A stretch of 63,956 nt of DNA, the filler included, from Blastocystis sp. subtype 4 (taxonomy: Eukaryota): assembly GCF_000743755.1 (NCBI RefSeq). It is 3 parts of 3 records of this genome, joined end to end, with 100 filler letters (N's around TTAATTAATTAA, not from the genome) between each part and the next. Parts side by side here need not be neighbours in the genome. Positions count along the whole stretch, not along the records: positions 22,341 to 44,500 come from NW_014569369.1; positions 44,601 to 63,956 come from NW_014569337.1; 1 more part is not named here. One strand, 5' to 3'. This document shows, in pieces, positions 35,329 through 50,230 of the stretch. Every line of letters begins with the position of its first letter. The stretch's first letter is position 1. The notes beneath the pieces are model-generated. The model was not told where the DNA came from and searched no databases. It saw nothing but the letters and a program-made list of their open reading frames with translations. The position numbers were made by a program, and so were the translations under genes.

Positions 35329-38300
35329 AGGAATAATTGTTAACAATATACTCATAGGCCTTTCTGATTTCAATAAACTGTTTCTGAGCCTCCTCACTTG
35401 GATTCTTGTCGGGATGGTATTGGAGAGCCAGGAAGTGAAACCGTTTCTTGATTGCTTCCAAAGAATCCGTTATTCGGACTCCTAGTTTATCACAACAATC
35501 TTCATATTGCGTCTTAAGCATTCCAAATCCAGGATCGTATCGGAAGGGACGAACAGGTTCCAGCGGAGGTGATGAGAAAGAACCAAATAGTGTTCCAAAT
35601 AGACTCTTACTCTTTGGATTTGATGACTGTGGGACTGAGGATGATTGCCAATGTGCTTGGTTTCCCAATTCCTTCATCACCTCCATGATGCGTTCTGACA
35701 CCTTGGAATCTCCAGTTTTTTGTAGCACAGTCTTCAGATCAGCAATAGCTTCTTCAAAGCGATCTAATCGGAGGTAGCATTCTGCTCGGTTTTGAAGACA
35801 AGACACATCCAACGACTGGTTCAATACAACTGTGTAATCATCTAGGTCCCAATACAAACATAATTCTCACCACAAGCGCCTTGATACAATCGCTGTTTGA
35901 ATCGCAGTTCTCCTCGTCGTTGATACGCTCTCTGCAAAAGATGATATCCAATTTGTGTTCCCTTCTGCAGTTCGGACTGGATTAGATCAATTGTCTGTGT
36001 GAGAGTGGATTCAGCCTTCTTAGGAATCGCTGTAGCTTCATCCAAATATTGTAATTCTAATTCTTGAAGTTGTTCAATGAATTCTAAGAGATTTAGTAAC
36101 ACAGGATTCAGTGATGAAGTAGATTGTCGGATACGAACATCCAGAGACATAGCAATTGGAAGTTGACAACGTTGGAGGAAGATTAGTAGAACGAGATACA
36201 TCTATGCATCACTTGTTCTTCACAAAGATACAAATGTTGAATCGAATGCTTCCGTATTCTTTGACTCGTGATAGAGTGAAGAAGCCAGCCGAATAGACGA
36301 GAGATTGTGTTGACTTTCCATATGACAAAACCATGGACAGACTTCTTGTAAAAGCGAATAGGCTTCTTCGGTCTGATTATCTTTCACATAGCACCGAAGA
36401 AGTAACAGAAATGGTGTTCGCCAGTAGGGAGAACATTCACGGCACACAAGCAGAGGACGTACAGCTTTCTCAGGTTGATTCACAGCAAGCCATTGACGAG
36501 CACGAGTTAACTCTTGCTCACATTTGCTTACTGCTTCTTTTGTTGCTTTAATTTGAGTTCGGAGTTCATCCTCACATGGGTTGGTTCTGGCCGCATCTTC
36601 ACATTCCTGCAGTAGTGAATATGAAGTTGAGAGATCCCCAATCAAGAGATGACACTCTGCCAGTCGTTCCGATGCAAGAACACTTGGATGGCATTTGGTG
36701 AGATACTTCCAGTGAGTCAAAGCGTCTGATATTCGCATCTCCTGTAGACAACACTCAGCAAGCTTTTCAGCCACAGTGTCATAGGATGTTGGATCTAACT
36801 GAACACATTCTTGAAAACATTCCATTGCAAGAGCATAACTACAGATCACATGATCATTCTACAATCACTTCTTCACAGCAAAGAGTTCATTTCCTTGATT
36901 AGATCGATTCAATACCTTGTTTTTCATTCTATGCTTGATATCTCCTCATTGCATTTACAATCGTGTTTGTTCCTTCTCCAGTAGAGTCCGAATAGCTGCG
37001 TCTTCTCTCAGTTTAAGACTTTTTGTGAACGCTTCTACAGCTCGCTCACTGTCACCCAATTGGCTTGAGTACTCTCCCAGCAATTGGTAATTCAGAGGAT
37101 TGTTCCGATCATATTCACATGCCTTCAGAATTGCAGACATAGCTTCTTCATTGTTGGTCAATCGATCCTTCTCATAGAGCATTCTGTAACAACTTGATAG
37201 GAGAGGGAAACAAGCAATTGTGAGATCCGATAGGAAAAACTGAAGAGAAGATTCATTCAGTGGATGAGAGAACTCTCTAGCATGTTCAGCATACTTCAAG
37301 AGATAGCGAACAGCTGAAATCGATTTCAATTCACTTGAGAGACTCTGAGCAATCGTTAGAATCCCTTCATATTGTCCATCCTGCAGCAATACTTTTAGTG
37401 CTAGAATTGTCTACATTAGAAGACTAATCCTATTCGTACTAATGATCGATTTTCGTTCTTATAATACTTCACTGTATTCAGATTCAAACGAAACAAATCC
37501 TTTGATTCCTTTCCTTCCATTCCTGAATATAACCGCGGAAATAGAACCTTAATGAGGTCGCGACCCAACAGAGGTTCATGAATAGCTACAATACTTGTCA
37601 ATAGAAGCTTAAAGCATTTGGGATAGTGTGAGAAAGGACTGTGATTATCCAACAGAGACGCTAAAATAACAGTATGACGTCCTTCTGCTTGAATAGCTTC
37701 CATTTTCCTCACAGTGTCTCTCAGCTCTCTCAGTTCTGTTACTAATTGTCGTCCCACAGGATCACGATATATGAGACTCACTTCCGAAGAGGGATACTGC
37801 TCGAACTGATCAAAATGACGACATGCCCTGAATATGAGACAATGAACAACTCAGTTACCTCCCCAATTTACCTAGAGACATGTATTCAGCTGCTAGTTGG
37901 AGTGAAGATTTCGCTGATGGTTGCAAGGAAGTCTCCAGACGTCTCACACGCTGAACATCTTCATCAATCGCCTCAAATTCAAGTATCTGACCTTCTTCTA
38001 GCAACTGAGGCACATTACAATCAAAGGCAATCCCTAAAAACAGTAGAGGGACCAAATAGATGGAAGAAGAGAAGACTGTGGCTGATTGAATGAGTATCTG
38101 CCATGAATCGATTCGAAATACTTCACGAATATTATTCAGACAAAGTTGGTTAAAAAGAGCTTGCTGAATATGACTGCTGTGGGGCTTCCAGCGACTAACT
38201 CCACTGAGGATTTGCTGAACGTCTCTCGCTGCTACACTCAATAAAAACTCTTCTTCAATTGACACTATATGTTGGGTAAATGATATGCGTTACGGTATTG

Positions 38301-38993
38301 GGAGAGTTGAGAGGATGGATTCGGTTGAAAGAGGACTTGGAGAAGAACAACGTCTGACTTGGTTTGTGCTTGAGATAGATCATCTAAAAACTTGGAGTAC
38401 TGGAGGTACTCAACAGAAATAGAAGAGATCTGGGAGAAGATACTGTCGATGATAACTTCTTCTCTCGGTGAGTGACATGGAATCAAGAGAAAATGATGGA
38501 ATGGATTCATCCACACACTTTGAAAGGGAACTGATATTGATCCAAGAAGCGGTAGTTTGCTAGAAATAGCATGATATGTTAAGATAAAACGAACAAACTG
38601 ACCTAAAGGATATGATAGCCTGCGGGTCAATTCCCTGTGGATTGTCAAAGAGCAATATTTGTAGAAAACTATTAGCAGTATTGAGAGAAGCATATTGATC
38701 AAATCGAATCGGAAAGATAGGACTATGGTGTCAATCATCGTTGAAATGTACTGAGTTGAACAAATAGACACCGATTGAATTGTAACAAGAGATTTCCGAT
38801 TATTATTCACTAAAAGAACAACAACAAGAACATCCTTGTCGTTCCATATCCAATCACAACACTCCACTCCAAGCTACAAAATGAGAACTACCAAGTTAAA
38901 ACATACACTGAAGGATTCCTTAGGATCGGCCTCACAAACAACACTATTGACTCCTTTAAAAAAGAAATCAACTGTCTGTCGCAGTGAGTCCAT
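35329..38993 (-). CDS. Large TPR-repeat protein with C-terminal DnaJ domain (spliced; stop predicted from poly(A))
   Basis: TPR motifs (NRAECYLRLDRFEEAIADL); J domain LALQYHPDKNP; may be two genes. Confidence 0.75.
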
Positions 38994-39059
38994 CAAAATG
39001 CAAGAAAAAGTGATACCAACTTGAAAATGAGTAATATGCAAAGTCTCAACAAACATCTC

Positions 39060-40570
39060 TTATCGATTCAATCGAACTAAAGTATCAAATTCCAACATCC
39101 ATTCATGGAACATGTATGTAAACTTCTCATGTTGGGGATATGCTTGTTTTACAGCTTTTTGACACTGTGCATAAACATAAAGGAATTCTAAATAATCTCA
39201 GAAGCAAGGATATGATCAGATTCCCAACAGTGGTGAAGAACAGTTTCTTCTCTTCATTCGAAGCGTGTTTCTGTTGCAATCGAGTCCATGCAAGATGAAG
39301 GATACAATATTCCCGTAACTGGTACATCTCAACAATCGCTTGAGCATCCTCAGGAATCAAGTTATGTTGTTTTAAATCCACTATTTTTAACTCATTCTAT
39401 TCATATCAACTGGAATTCTGACCATCCTTTTCTGCTCGTTGCATCTGTTCCATTACATAGTCATTGTTCTCCTCTCGAGTCTAAACATCACTCTATCTCC
39501 TATTCATCACAAGACACTCAGCGACACTTGGATTTAATCGTATCATTCGTTCAAAGAACTGGGACCGTTCTTGTTCTGTCACTGCAGCCACTTCTACACG
39601 TCCTTCAGGTTCCATATCAGTTTCATGACGACGCATCTGCTCATCGTAATTCACATAATTCTTTTGTTCAAACCGCTGTGGAACACGTTCGGGGACATGC
39701 TCTGTTTTCTGTACAATCTCACGCATGATATCACCCTTCTGAGAAGAGCGTTTCTGGATCAGCTCTGCAATCAAACCTGTGTGTCGTGATAGAGTCTTTG
39801 TAATGCCTCCAAACTCTGCTTCAATATCTGAATCTACGTATCATATCTCCATCCCTGAACAACCGTCATTAACTACAGGTTCATAGACTTCCTGGCGAGA
39901 CTCAGAAGGAACATTACTGTGGTCTTCTAGTGATATTTCTAAGTTGATATTTGGCTTCTTCAGCTCAGTTGAAGCACTGTTTAGTAATTCTAATTCCCGT
40001 TTGTATTTTGCAAAGATATTCACTTCTTTGAGTCACAATTCAATCACATTTCAACCTCCGATCAATGCATCCTCTCGCAAATCCGCAACATAAAAACGGA
40101 AGAAAAGGGTCCAAAAAGGAACTTCACCACGGTTCGCAGGTACTTCCTTCTTGTAGGCATACTCCACTTCAGGAAACTGTCGAAAGATCTGCTCTTTTAT
40201 CTCTTTTGTCATTTGAAATAGTTTTTGGTTCTGAATGTTCATAGAAACAAGGATACATACATTCTGTTCCAGAGGTTGCTGATCGAATAACAGCTCTGAC
40301 GGAATTCCGCTAATTCGCTGATATCGCACCGTTTCAAAAGCTTGTCGAACTTCAGGAAGCCTCCAAAACGTCTCTCGATTCCCAGTTGCACTGATCGCTT
40401 TATATTGTTTCTATTTATTATGTCATAGCGCCATAAGGTTCCTCAAAGATGGGATTTGTCTGTAAGAAGAACTCTCGCAACTTCTCTTCTTCTGGAGAAA
40501 CTTGAGGTACAACTCGTTGTACAGGGACCTGAGGACGAGGTTGCGAAGGGTAATTCATTTGAGGATTCAT
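39060..40570 (-). CDS. GTF2H1: TFIIH p62/Tfb1-like BSD-domain protein (spliced)
   Basis: MTKEIKEQIFRQFPEVEYAYKKEVP..EVPFWTLFF BSD motif, and a first BSD-like segment ETFWRL. Confidence 0.7.
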
Positions 40571-40746
40571 CTTCAAAAGAATTCCTGATTGAACAAACAC
40601 ACTTGAAATCAATTATTACTTTTCGTCAGATATAGGAGACCGAACTAAATGTCGTTTAGAATTAAGGTAATCTACAATTCACCTCACTCCTTTTTCGTAC
40701 AATCACATCGTGAATCTGATTCAGAATATGTAGACAAATCTATGTA

Positions 40747-41811
40747 TCAATTTCTCCAGACAAGATGACTCAGAACATGTTTTAATACAACCTGTTCTAA
40801 CTCTTCAGGTAATTCTCCATGACCACTAGAAGCGCTTTCCAATTTCTTTCGAATCTCTGGATTCTTGATCCACTCTTCATACAAAGGAGTCTTAAATGCC
40901 CAATAATAACTTCAATTCATTCAATAAAACTATATCCTACCACTCATCCTTGACTACACGATAGGCACTCAATTTGTTCATCCAGTAGAGAACACAATAA
41001 TTGTTTGGATGAACCACAGCCATCAACTGTTCAATGCCAAATTGATGTGACATCTAGAACTCACCCAACTTCATCACACAAACATAACCCAAATAGTACA
41101 AAATACAAGAACCAATCTTGTGGCCATGTTTTGCATCAACTACAAGAGCTGCCCATTCTGCTTCGGAGGGACAAGTCTCATCCTGAATGAAACGCCCTGA
41201 AGCAACCCCTTTCCATTCTCCATTTTCCTCCATCAAAACAGAAACAGCAAAGTGGCTATCATAGTTCACATTGCAGAAGTAATCGAGAACCGAATCAAAG
41301 ACACGAGTAACAACTGCATTAAATCGAAGAGACAATGATTGCTGCGATATTGCTCCTTCTTCAATTACTATGACTCATACCTTTCAAACAGGATCACGTT
41401 GTTTCATGACAAACTTATCAGTAGGCAAAATAGGTCGAATCAAGATTCTCTCTCCAGAAGGCAACGTAAATCTTCAGATTACGCACCTCTCATGTCAGTA
41501 CGAAGTACTATACGCTTCTAAAGCCTTTACAAGTTTCATTGCATCTTCTTCTTTTTCTCTGTGACAGGATACATCCTTCATATACTCTTTCACTAAATCT
41601 CCGATACCAGTATTCTTTTTCCTTTGTACTTTATCTAATAACTTATTCATGTCCTATAAACTTCACCTGTAACTGTCTGAGAACAAACTACGTTGGTTGT
41701 CTCAGAAGACGACGAGTCAGTCTCTTTTAGTTTCTCCTTCGTTTCTTCTTCTGTTGCTGATGGATACGAGAAAAGGTTGGCGAAGAACTGATACAGTCCT
41801 CCTATTGGCAT
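40747..41811 (-). CDS. GNAT acetyltransferase of the acyl-CoA-ligase-associated type (spliced)
   Basis: ILIRPILPTD..YFCNVNYDSHFA..VASGRFIQD..EAEWAALVVDAKHGHKIG. Confidence 0.7.
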
Positions 41812-41946
41812 TCTAGTTAGCTAGGAAGGGAGCTGAAAGCGCTTTATCGATAGAAATCAAAATACAAGAAAACAGTCTCCCTGGTAGAGAATGAATGACA
41901 ACTTGTCAAAGTGTTCCTAACAAACACATTAAATCGATAAATGACG

Positions 41947-43035
<1,089 letters not shown>

Positions 43036-43406
43036 GTTCGTCCAAGACGATTATGCTAGCGAGAAATCAAGTGAAAACAGATCTCCAGAAAATACGTCTA
43101 TTTGATCAATTCCATTTTCATGAAGCAATGAAACGCAATTCATATTGTTTTCTGGCAGGGTTTTGGGGTGTAGTTGAGAGTCGAGTATATGATGAGAACA
43201 TAGTCTGTTAAAATTGGAGTGAGCTCTGATATGAATGATATTTTGAACTGTGGAATCAACTCTATTCTGTCCACATTGATCCAGACTCGAACCCTTTCTT
43301 CCTTGGTGACGAGTGGAGTGAGGTGCAAATTATTACTTGATATCTATATAGAAGAGGATAGATGACAGGATGGAGTACTTGTAATGAACAAAGAGGATGA
43401 ATTCAT

Positions 43407-44500
43407 CAGTAAATGGAACAACAGCTATTCAGTTTATTACTATTTTGTCGAATGAATTGATAAAGAGAATCAGCATCTCAATCATTATCAATCAAACAAG
43501 CATACTTGAACTATGCAATTCTATCACATCCCAGAATGTACGACCCATCTGTATTCCCTCTGAAGGGAGAGATGGAATGTCTAAGTCAAAGTCAATCAGC
43601 AATACTCACTTTCCAATATCACTTTGCCTATACAAATGAAATTGTAATCAACTCCTTTGAATATAGATAGAGAAGGAAGATCTAATCAATCAATCATCAC
43701 TATCAGTCATACTCTTCATTATCAATTCATTTGATTCAACATTATCATCATTACCAAGTAGAGCTGCATATCCAAGAGTAATGGATTGAAGTCGAGTCAG
43801 ATCTCATTCATCAGTCATTCAATCATTCATACTCTCAAAAACTATTGAATGACACTTCATGAATGCATATTGATCCAATTGAATGGATATGAGAGAACGG
43901 AGATTCTTCAATTCAAATGATTCATACCAAAAGAATGACCAACCTCCAATATGGATTTCACTCAATTGATCACAATTCATTATCAAACATTTGCTTCCAC
44001 ATCTATTCTCTTTATTGAGTTTGAAACTGTTCCATCCAATGTTCACACTCTTCAATTCATTCAATCCATCAATCACAAATCGATTCACTTTCTTAAAACA
44101 ATCATTTCCAATCTTAAGTCTTCCAATTCCTTTCAAGCAATCAACATCATCATTTCCATATCCATCTTCAAATCGTTTGGTTGCACCTTCATATTCACCT
44201 TTGATCCATTTTCCACTTCTTATCACTTCCTCATTCTCATTCAATTCCTTTCCCTTTCCATCTCTCATTCCATTCTTCCATTCTCCAACGTACAAAGCAG
44301 AGTATCCTTTGAATTCACTTCCATATCCTTCTCTCAATCCATTCTTCCATCCACCTACATACAGTGCACTCTTTCCATCATTTCCATATTCTTTACCTTC
44401 TCCTTCTCGAACAAATCCTTTCATCATATCTCCTTCAAATCCTCCTTCATATACTCTCATTCCATTCACATCATATTCAATCATACATTCTCCTTTCCAT
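43407..44500 (-). CDS. MORN-repeat/LRR expanded-family protein (5' end cut by linker)
   Basis: YEGGF/YVGEWKNG MORN-like repeats, then IGNDCFKKVNRFVIDGLNELKS LRRs. Confidence 0.75.
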
Positions 44501-44600
44501 NNNNNNNNNNNNNNNNNNNNNNNNNNNNNNNNNNNNNNNNNNNNTTAATTAATTAANNNNNNNNNNNNNNNNNNNNNNNNNNNNNNNNNNNNNNNNNNNN
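44501..44600. other. Artificial contig linker
   Basis: N44-TTAATTAATTAA-N44. Confidence 0.97.
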
Positions 44601-45146
44601 ACTTTACGGAAGTATTGAGTTCCAGATACTGACTGTGTTGTACTTCCTGTCACAACATCACTCCAATCAACATCTGAATAACTCACATCCTTCCAATTGC
44701 CTGAAACACTGTTTGTGTATTTCCAAGTATCATTCTTGTTGATGGGAGAATACAGAGAGAACTGTTCTGTTTGAACACTCTTTTCAGTCATCATTCCCTT
44801 GTACACAATGTTTCCATTCATTCCTTCTATTTGAATCCAAGCACCATCAGTCCAAGCATCATTAGCTGAATCCCTCATTTCAAGGGAGTATTGATTGTTA
44901 GTTGTGCTTGGTAAACAGACCTCAAGAACTCTTTCATCACTGCTCGTTAATGATGGTGATGCGTAGACTTCAGTAGAACCAGCATAGACTTTAAAAGACT
45001 CTTCAGAGGCCCAACTGTAGGTCTTCTTCGTTATCTTTGCATAAACCTCGTCGGATGCACAGTCAAAAGCATTAACAAATACTGCTATGAATAAGGCAAT
45101 CTAAAGGCTGTAAACCTGTAGTCAAAAAGAACACAATTCGTATCAT
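44601..45146 (-). CDS. Secreted/surface beta-rich protein, N-terminal part (3' end cut by linker)
   Basis: Signal peptide MIRIVFFLTT/AVFVNA across a 31-nt intron; Trp/Ser/Thr-rich ectodomain ending TQYFRK. Confidence 0.7.
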
Positions 45147-46655
45147 CACAAAACAAAAATGAGAAATAGTGGTAATTCCCTATTCGCAATTGCCGAAATA
45201 GAATTCTAATAGAATACACGAACAACGGTTCTTATGATTACTATACGCATCCCTATTGCTCACTGAAAAAATGATAGTTGTGAACACTATTAATATCAGA
45301 TGAACATAATCTTGCGCTTGCTCCCATGTTGCAATACTCTTAATCAACGAGCTATGACTAGAATATTGTTTTATTGGTCGCACCAGAATTAACCAATAAA
45401 ATAGTCATCAAACCAATAATTGGCCGATGAACTACCAGTCTACTTAGAGAGGATCTTCACTGTTGCTTACATACGTATCAAATATGAAATCGTTTGTACA
45501 TCTCAGTGATAATAATTTGTGATGTGGGAGAGTGTATATGAGTTAGTTTTGGAAACGATCTTCTACTGATGAATAATTGCATCCGACAACGTAGTGTAAC
45601 TATTGAAAGCTAATTCGTAGAATTGATTCTATTATCGGTAGTAGTTCATGAATACTGGGATTATAGCCGGAATTGTAGTGCATAATATAATTTATAGTAG
45701 TCTACGTGGATAGTTTAACCCTATTGATGCGATCCTTGAATTCGTCTCTCCTTCTTTTCATTTGGCACGTAGAAGTCTCCTTCTGAATAGTTACAATAGT
45801 TGAAATTCAAAAGAAACTGAAACAATGTGGATCTGTTGACATTGTGGTTGGTAGTTATCTGGCTTTTATAATTGTATTCTTTGTTATTCATCAGTGTGAA
45901 CTAGCGAATTTGTTGCAAGGCTAATAGTATGCTACACCTTCTGAGTTACATTATTCTATTCTCATAAGTATACTATGAAATTGGTCTTTCGGTGAAGTTA
46001 TACTTACCTATGAGGAATGAGAATACCTTTGATAGATGAGAGCTCATTTGAGTTCACTTATGACTTATAGCCTCTTGCAGTATGGATGAAGAATCTCTCA
46101 GAATAAAACGACTGTTGTAAATATAGCATCTTCCACCAGCAATACTGTCTCGTTCTATTGTGTTCAGGGAACTATTTTATTATCAGTTCCATCATTACCA
46201 ATGATCGAAGTAAACAGTAACAAATGGGATTCAATGAATTCAACACTGGATATTAGCAGTTACTCATTGTTTGGCTAAGAGTTCATTTTCAATAAAGAAA
46301 CCATTCTTATCCAACAGCATACTCTTATATTCTAATCTCTTTATAAGAGGTCGATCAATACAACTCGAAGTAATGTTAATTGGTTTCAAATATGAATAAT
46401 GTGGAGTAATAGTAACAGAAGCCATAGTTTATTAATTTCATTCCGATCATTCATCATTCACTTATAACTTCATTCTACAAATGCATTACTTAATCTCTAT
46501 TCAATATCATTCCATATACTTCTGTTATCATTTCAATTCATATGATAGATGAATGAGATTTGGTTTCAATCAGAGATTCGTTTCTTCTCAAATCATTTCA
46601 ACAATCCATAATCCTATTCATTTCCAATTCAATTCATACTAATTGATTTAGAATA

Positions 46656-47470
46656 ATGAATGATGATCGAATTCATGAAAGTGTAATCGAATTGGTTCCT
46701 AGTAGTGTTTCTCCTTGTGACTGTTGTTCAAGAATATCAATATCATTGAATTTGAGTGATTATGAGATTACTGTTGGTTGTTATGATGAATTTGATGTTT
46801 TGGATAGTTGTGGTATGCTTCCGTTTGAAAGACATGCATATCGATTGAAATTGAATAAGAATCGTATCAGAAATCCTTCTTCTATTAAATCTAACTTCTC
46901 TTCTCCTCATCGAGGTACTTGCAGACGAGATTCTTCTTTGAATATTGATGGAATGGGTTATGACCCGAATCACTTGATTGTGATATTTGTATTTGAGATT
47001 ATCTTACTCTTTGTGAATTGTCTCAGTCCTCTCCTTGCTGGCTTATCTCTGATACATTATGTTGGTGTAATCGTAATCGGTTTGTCTGTTTTGTATATTG
47101 GTAATTCGTTTTATAAGATGTCTAAGTATGTTGTTAACATCAAGACATTCCTTGTTATCACATTCTCCATGTTCTTTGATGGTCTCATTATGTTGCTCAT
47201 AGATAGTAAGAATGATAATGAAGACTGATAGTACTACATGGATTGATGTTATATTATGATTTCTAATTATGGCTGGTAACTACTTGCTGTATAGAATGTG
47301 AAAAATAACCTTGTGGATCATTTGAATCTATTTCTTATTGTGATGAGTTATATTGTTTTGTTCACTTCTCTTCTACTGTTTGTTGAAGTAGAGTATAGTC
47401 AACAAACAGTTATTAAAGTACAGTTCCTATATCATACTAAAGATCATAATTCATTATCAGCATCTTCTTC
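46656..47470 (+). pseudogene. Multi-TM hypothetical protein, probably a degraded family member
   Basis: Hydrophobic ORFs that break and abut an inverted LRR fragment. Confidence 0.35.
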
Positions 47471-47504
47471 CTTCTCGATTATATCCATCGAGTTCAAAGC
47501 TATT

Positions 47505-47921
47505 CTATCCAATGATGATAGTCTTCAATTCATTCAATCCATCAATCACAAATCGACTCACTTTATCAAAACAATCATTTCCAATGTCAATTTGTTTCAA
47601 TGATATCAATGAATAGTTCAATATCAATGATGATATATCTGGAGGATTGAAATGATCAGCAATAATCAGAGATTCAACACAACTAGTAACAATCAATTCA
47701 CAATCATCAATCCATTTCATTCTCATATCATCATTAACATCAATAATAACATCATCTTTGAATAGTCCTTCATATTCAATCATTCCATTTCGATCATACA
47801 ATAATCCATATCCATTCTTCAATCCATCATAATAACAACCATAATACTTCTTCAAACCAATATCATTCCAATACTCAATTCCATAACATCTCTTCTTTCC
47901 TTCTATCAGATACCATTTCAA
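47505..47921 (-). pseudogene. Internal MORN/LRR family fragment
   Basis: YYGCYYDGLKNGYG and IGNDCFDKVSRFVIDGLNELK; DNA similar to 44050-44110; truncated at both ends. Confidence 0.7.
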
Positions 47922-48099
47922 TCCAGACCATTCGCGCCCTCAATTAAAAGGAAACGAACTAATAATAGAGTGCAATTTGATTGGTAGAACCAAATAGTCC
48001 TCCTTTTGGGCATTTGACTAAAAGGAAGGGTGGTGAGCTTAATAGCACAGTCAACATTTACTCGCTTTTGTTATATTGTTCGTTGTATTGCCAATTGCT

Positions 48100-49328
48100 A
48101 TGTCGAGTCCATTTGGCACACGTGTTTTGCACAAAAAGGGGACACTCCGTGATTCCTTACACAAGCGAGCTACCGAGACGCTTACTAGGTATGTTTAATT
48201 TTGGTTGTTCATCCTTTTAGGGAAGGAATCGCTAATGCTGTACTTTGTCCTGATGATGTAGATTGTAATGAGTGGATTGCTGTTCATGGTAGGGAATAAT
48301 CTACCTAATCAACTCATTTAGCTGTTGACTTTTATAACGATATCGCTATGCTTTATGGCGTTGTTCATGATGAGTGTACTGCAGAAACGTGCCCTTTCAT
48401 GTCTGCTGGTGATAAGTGAGTGAGTTGTGTTTCGTCTTATTTCAAGTTTTGAATTTCTCTGGGTTGACAAGCAACGATATTGTAGGCCAACCCGATTGCC
48501 AGCAAAGATCTACATTGACTTTTTGCTAAATTGGCTAGTAAGTCAGTTGCAAGATGAATCTCTTTTTCCAATAGAAGAGTGTATGGATTTAATAGTCATG
48601 AATTGACTCGTAGCTGTTCCTTTTCCTCCCGATTTTAAAGAACGTGTTCAGAGCATTTTTCGTCGTATGTATCGAGTGTATGCACATATTTGGTGCAGGT
48701 ACGAGATATTAGAACTTTCGAAAATAGTCATCATACTCTTCTAGTGAAATGTAAATGTGAGAACAACTTCCGTTTTTCTCTTAATCACTATCTCCATTTT
48801 GTTAACCAATTTCATCTAGTGCCAGCCAAAGAGATTCGTCCTTTATGTTTGCTTGTCAATGAATTGGCTCCCAAATTAGCCAGTATTTTAGTCTTTTGTG
48901 AATGAGTGATAGTTGTGACTGAGATGAATGCTATCGAAGAAGCAAAGCGTGAACAGCGACGACAGCATGTTCCTCCTACCTCCGCTTATCAGCAATTAGT
49001 AGCCCCTACTGCATCTCGTTCTATTGCCTTACCATCTGTACGTGTAGGAGCAAATCCAGTAGCTCCTGTAAGCAATCGGGTCAGTGCCTTCGTACCGTTT
49101 TCGCCACCACGAACAGAGGATCTCTTAAATGAAACTCCCGGGAACTCCGAGTCAACACGAGAATCTTCAATTTATTACTCGACTACAGATATTCCATCCA
49201 ATACGAAGGGATCCAGTGAACTGGATGAAACTCCTGCGGAAGAACCGTTGCAATCTATGATAGGATCGAATAATGATGATGAGTATGAGGAAGATGATGA
49301 GCAGAGGAAGTCTTGTTCAATTGTTTGA
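48100..49328 (+). CDS. MOB1: Mob1/phocein-family kinase activator with C-terminal extension (spliced)
   Basis: NEWIAVH..DFYN, CTAETCPFMSAG, IFRRMYRVYAHI. Confidence 0.9.
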
Positions 49329-49424
49329 ATATTGTGTGTGGCATGTTTGAAATAAACACTCTTCTGTAATTGTTCACTAATGTGTCGATTTAGATAGAAT
49401 CACATGGATACTGAAAAATTGAGA

Positions 49425-50230
49425 CTACTTCTTTGGAGTGTGGCGAAAACGGCAATTAATACGATGACATCGCCCATTTTGATAATCACGACATATCGGG
49501 ATTTTCTACAAATTAACATCTATCCTCACTTGTACATCTTCAGGAGGCCCTATTCAATTAATTCCTCACTTTATTGCTTACGTCTTGACGGGTCGTGAAT
49601 AAACTTGCACTTATCACCACGACAGCACACGCCAATTTCGTAGTCACGACAATGGTAAAGATACTTCGGAGGATCATTGGCTTGATGCTCGAACGAGTGC
49701 TTTGATCCACGATCTGGAGTTCCATGATACTCTATATCACTATCCAAAGTAACAAGACCAGGATCGAAAGAATCCTCCTCACGAAATGGATCGTAAGCAA
49801 CGAAAGTGCGGAAGGATGGTGAGTCGGAAAAGGCTAAATCGGAAACAGTTCGTCTCCATGAATGCGGATCTGTAGATGAAAGATTTCGATTATGTTCCGA
49901 AAATGATTCATAGGAAGAGGAATTAGCAAATCGATCAGAACAGATCGATGGAAGCACTTCAATAGATAATTCTGGAGTAGAAGCAGGAATAGTCATAGAA
50001 CTTTCTGAATATGTATTGTATGCATCAAGTAATGTTAAAGGTTGATATGTAGAGAAGGAATCAGAAGAACCATAATCTCCCAGAGAAGAAGGAATACTAC
50101 GGGATCCAAAATACCGGTAATCATCCAAATTCGGTACCGATAACGGTTCTGTTAGAGTAGAAACTCTCGGCAATGCAGATCGATGAGGAGCTGGATATCC
50201 TCCTGAATTTGTTCGTAGAGAAGTTTCCAT
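49425..50230 (-). CDS. Tandem CCCH zinc-finger protein (spliced)
   Basis: CRDYEIGVCCRGDKCKFIH and CRDYQNGRCHRINCRFRH. Confidence 0.8.

Noticed and set aside
43188..43228. ATGATGA...CTGA resembling C/D snoRNA boxes
   Set aside because: Only about 40 nt long, with no recognisable guide sequence
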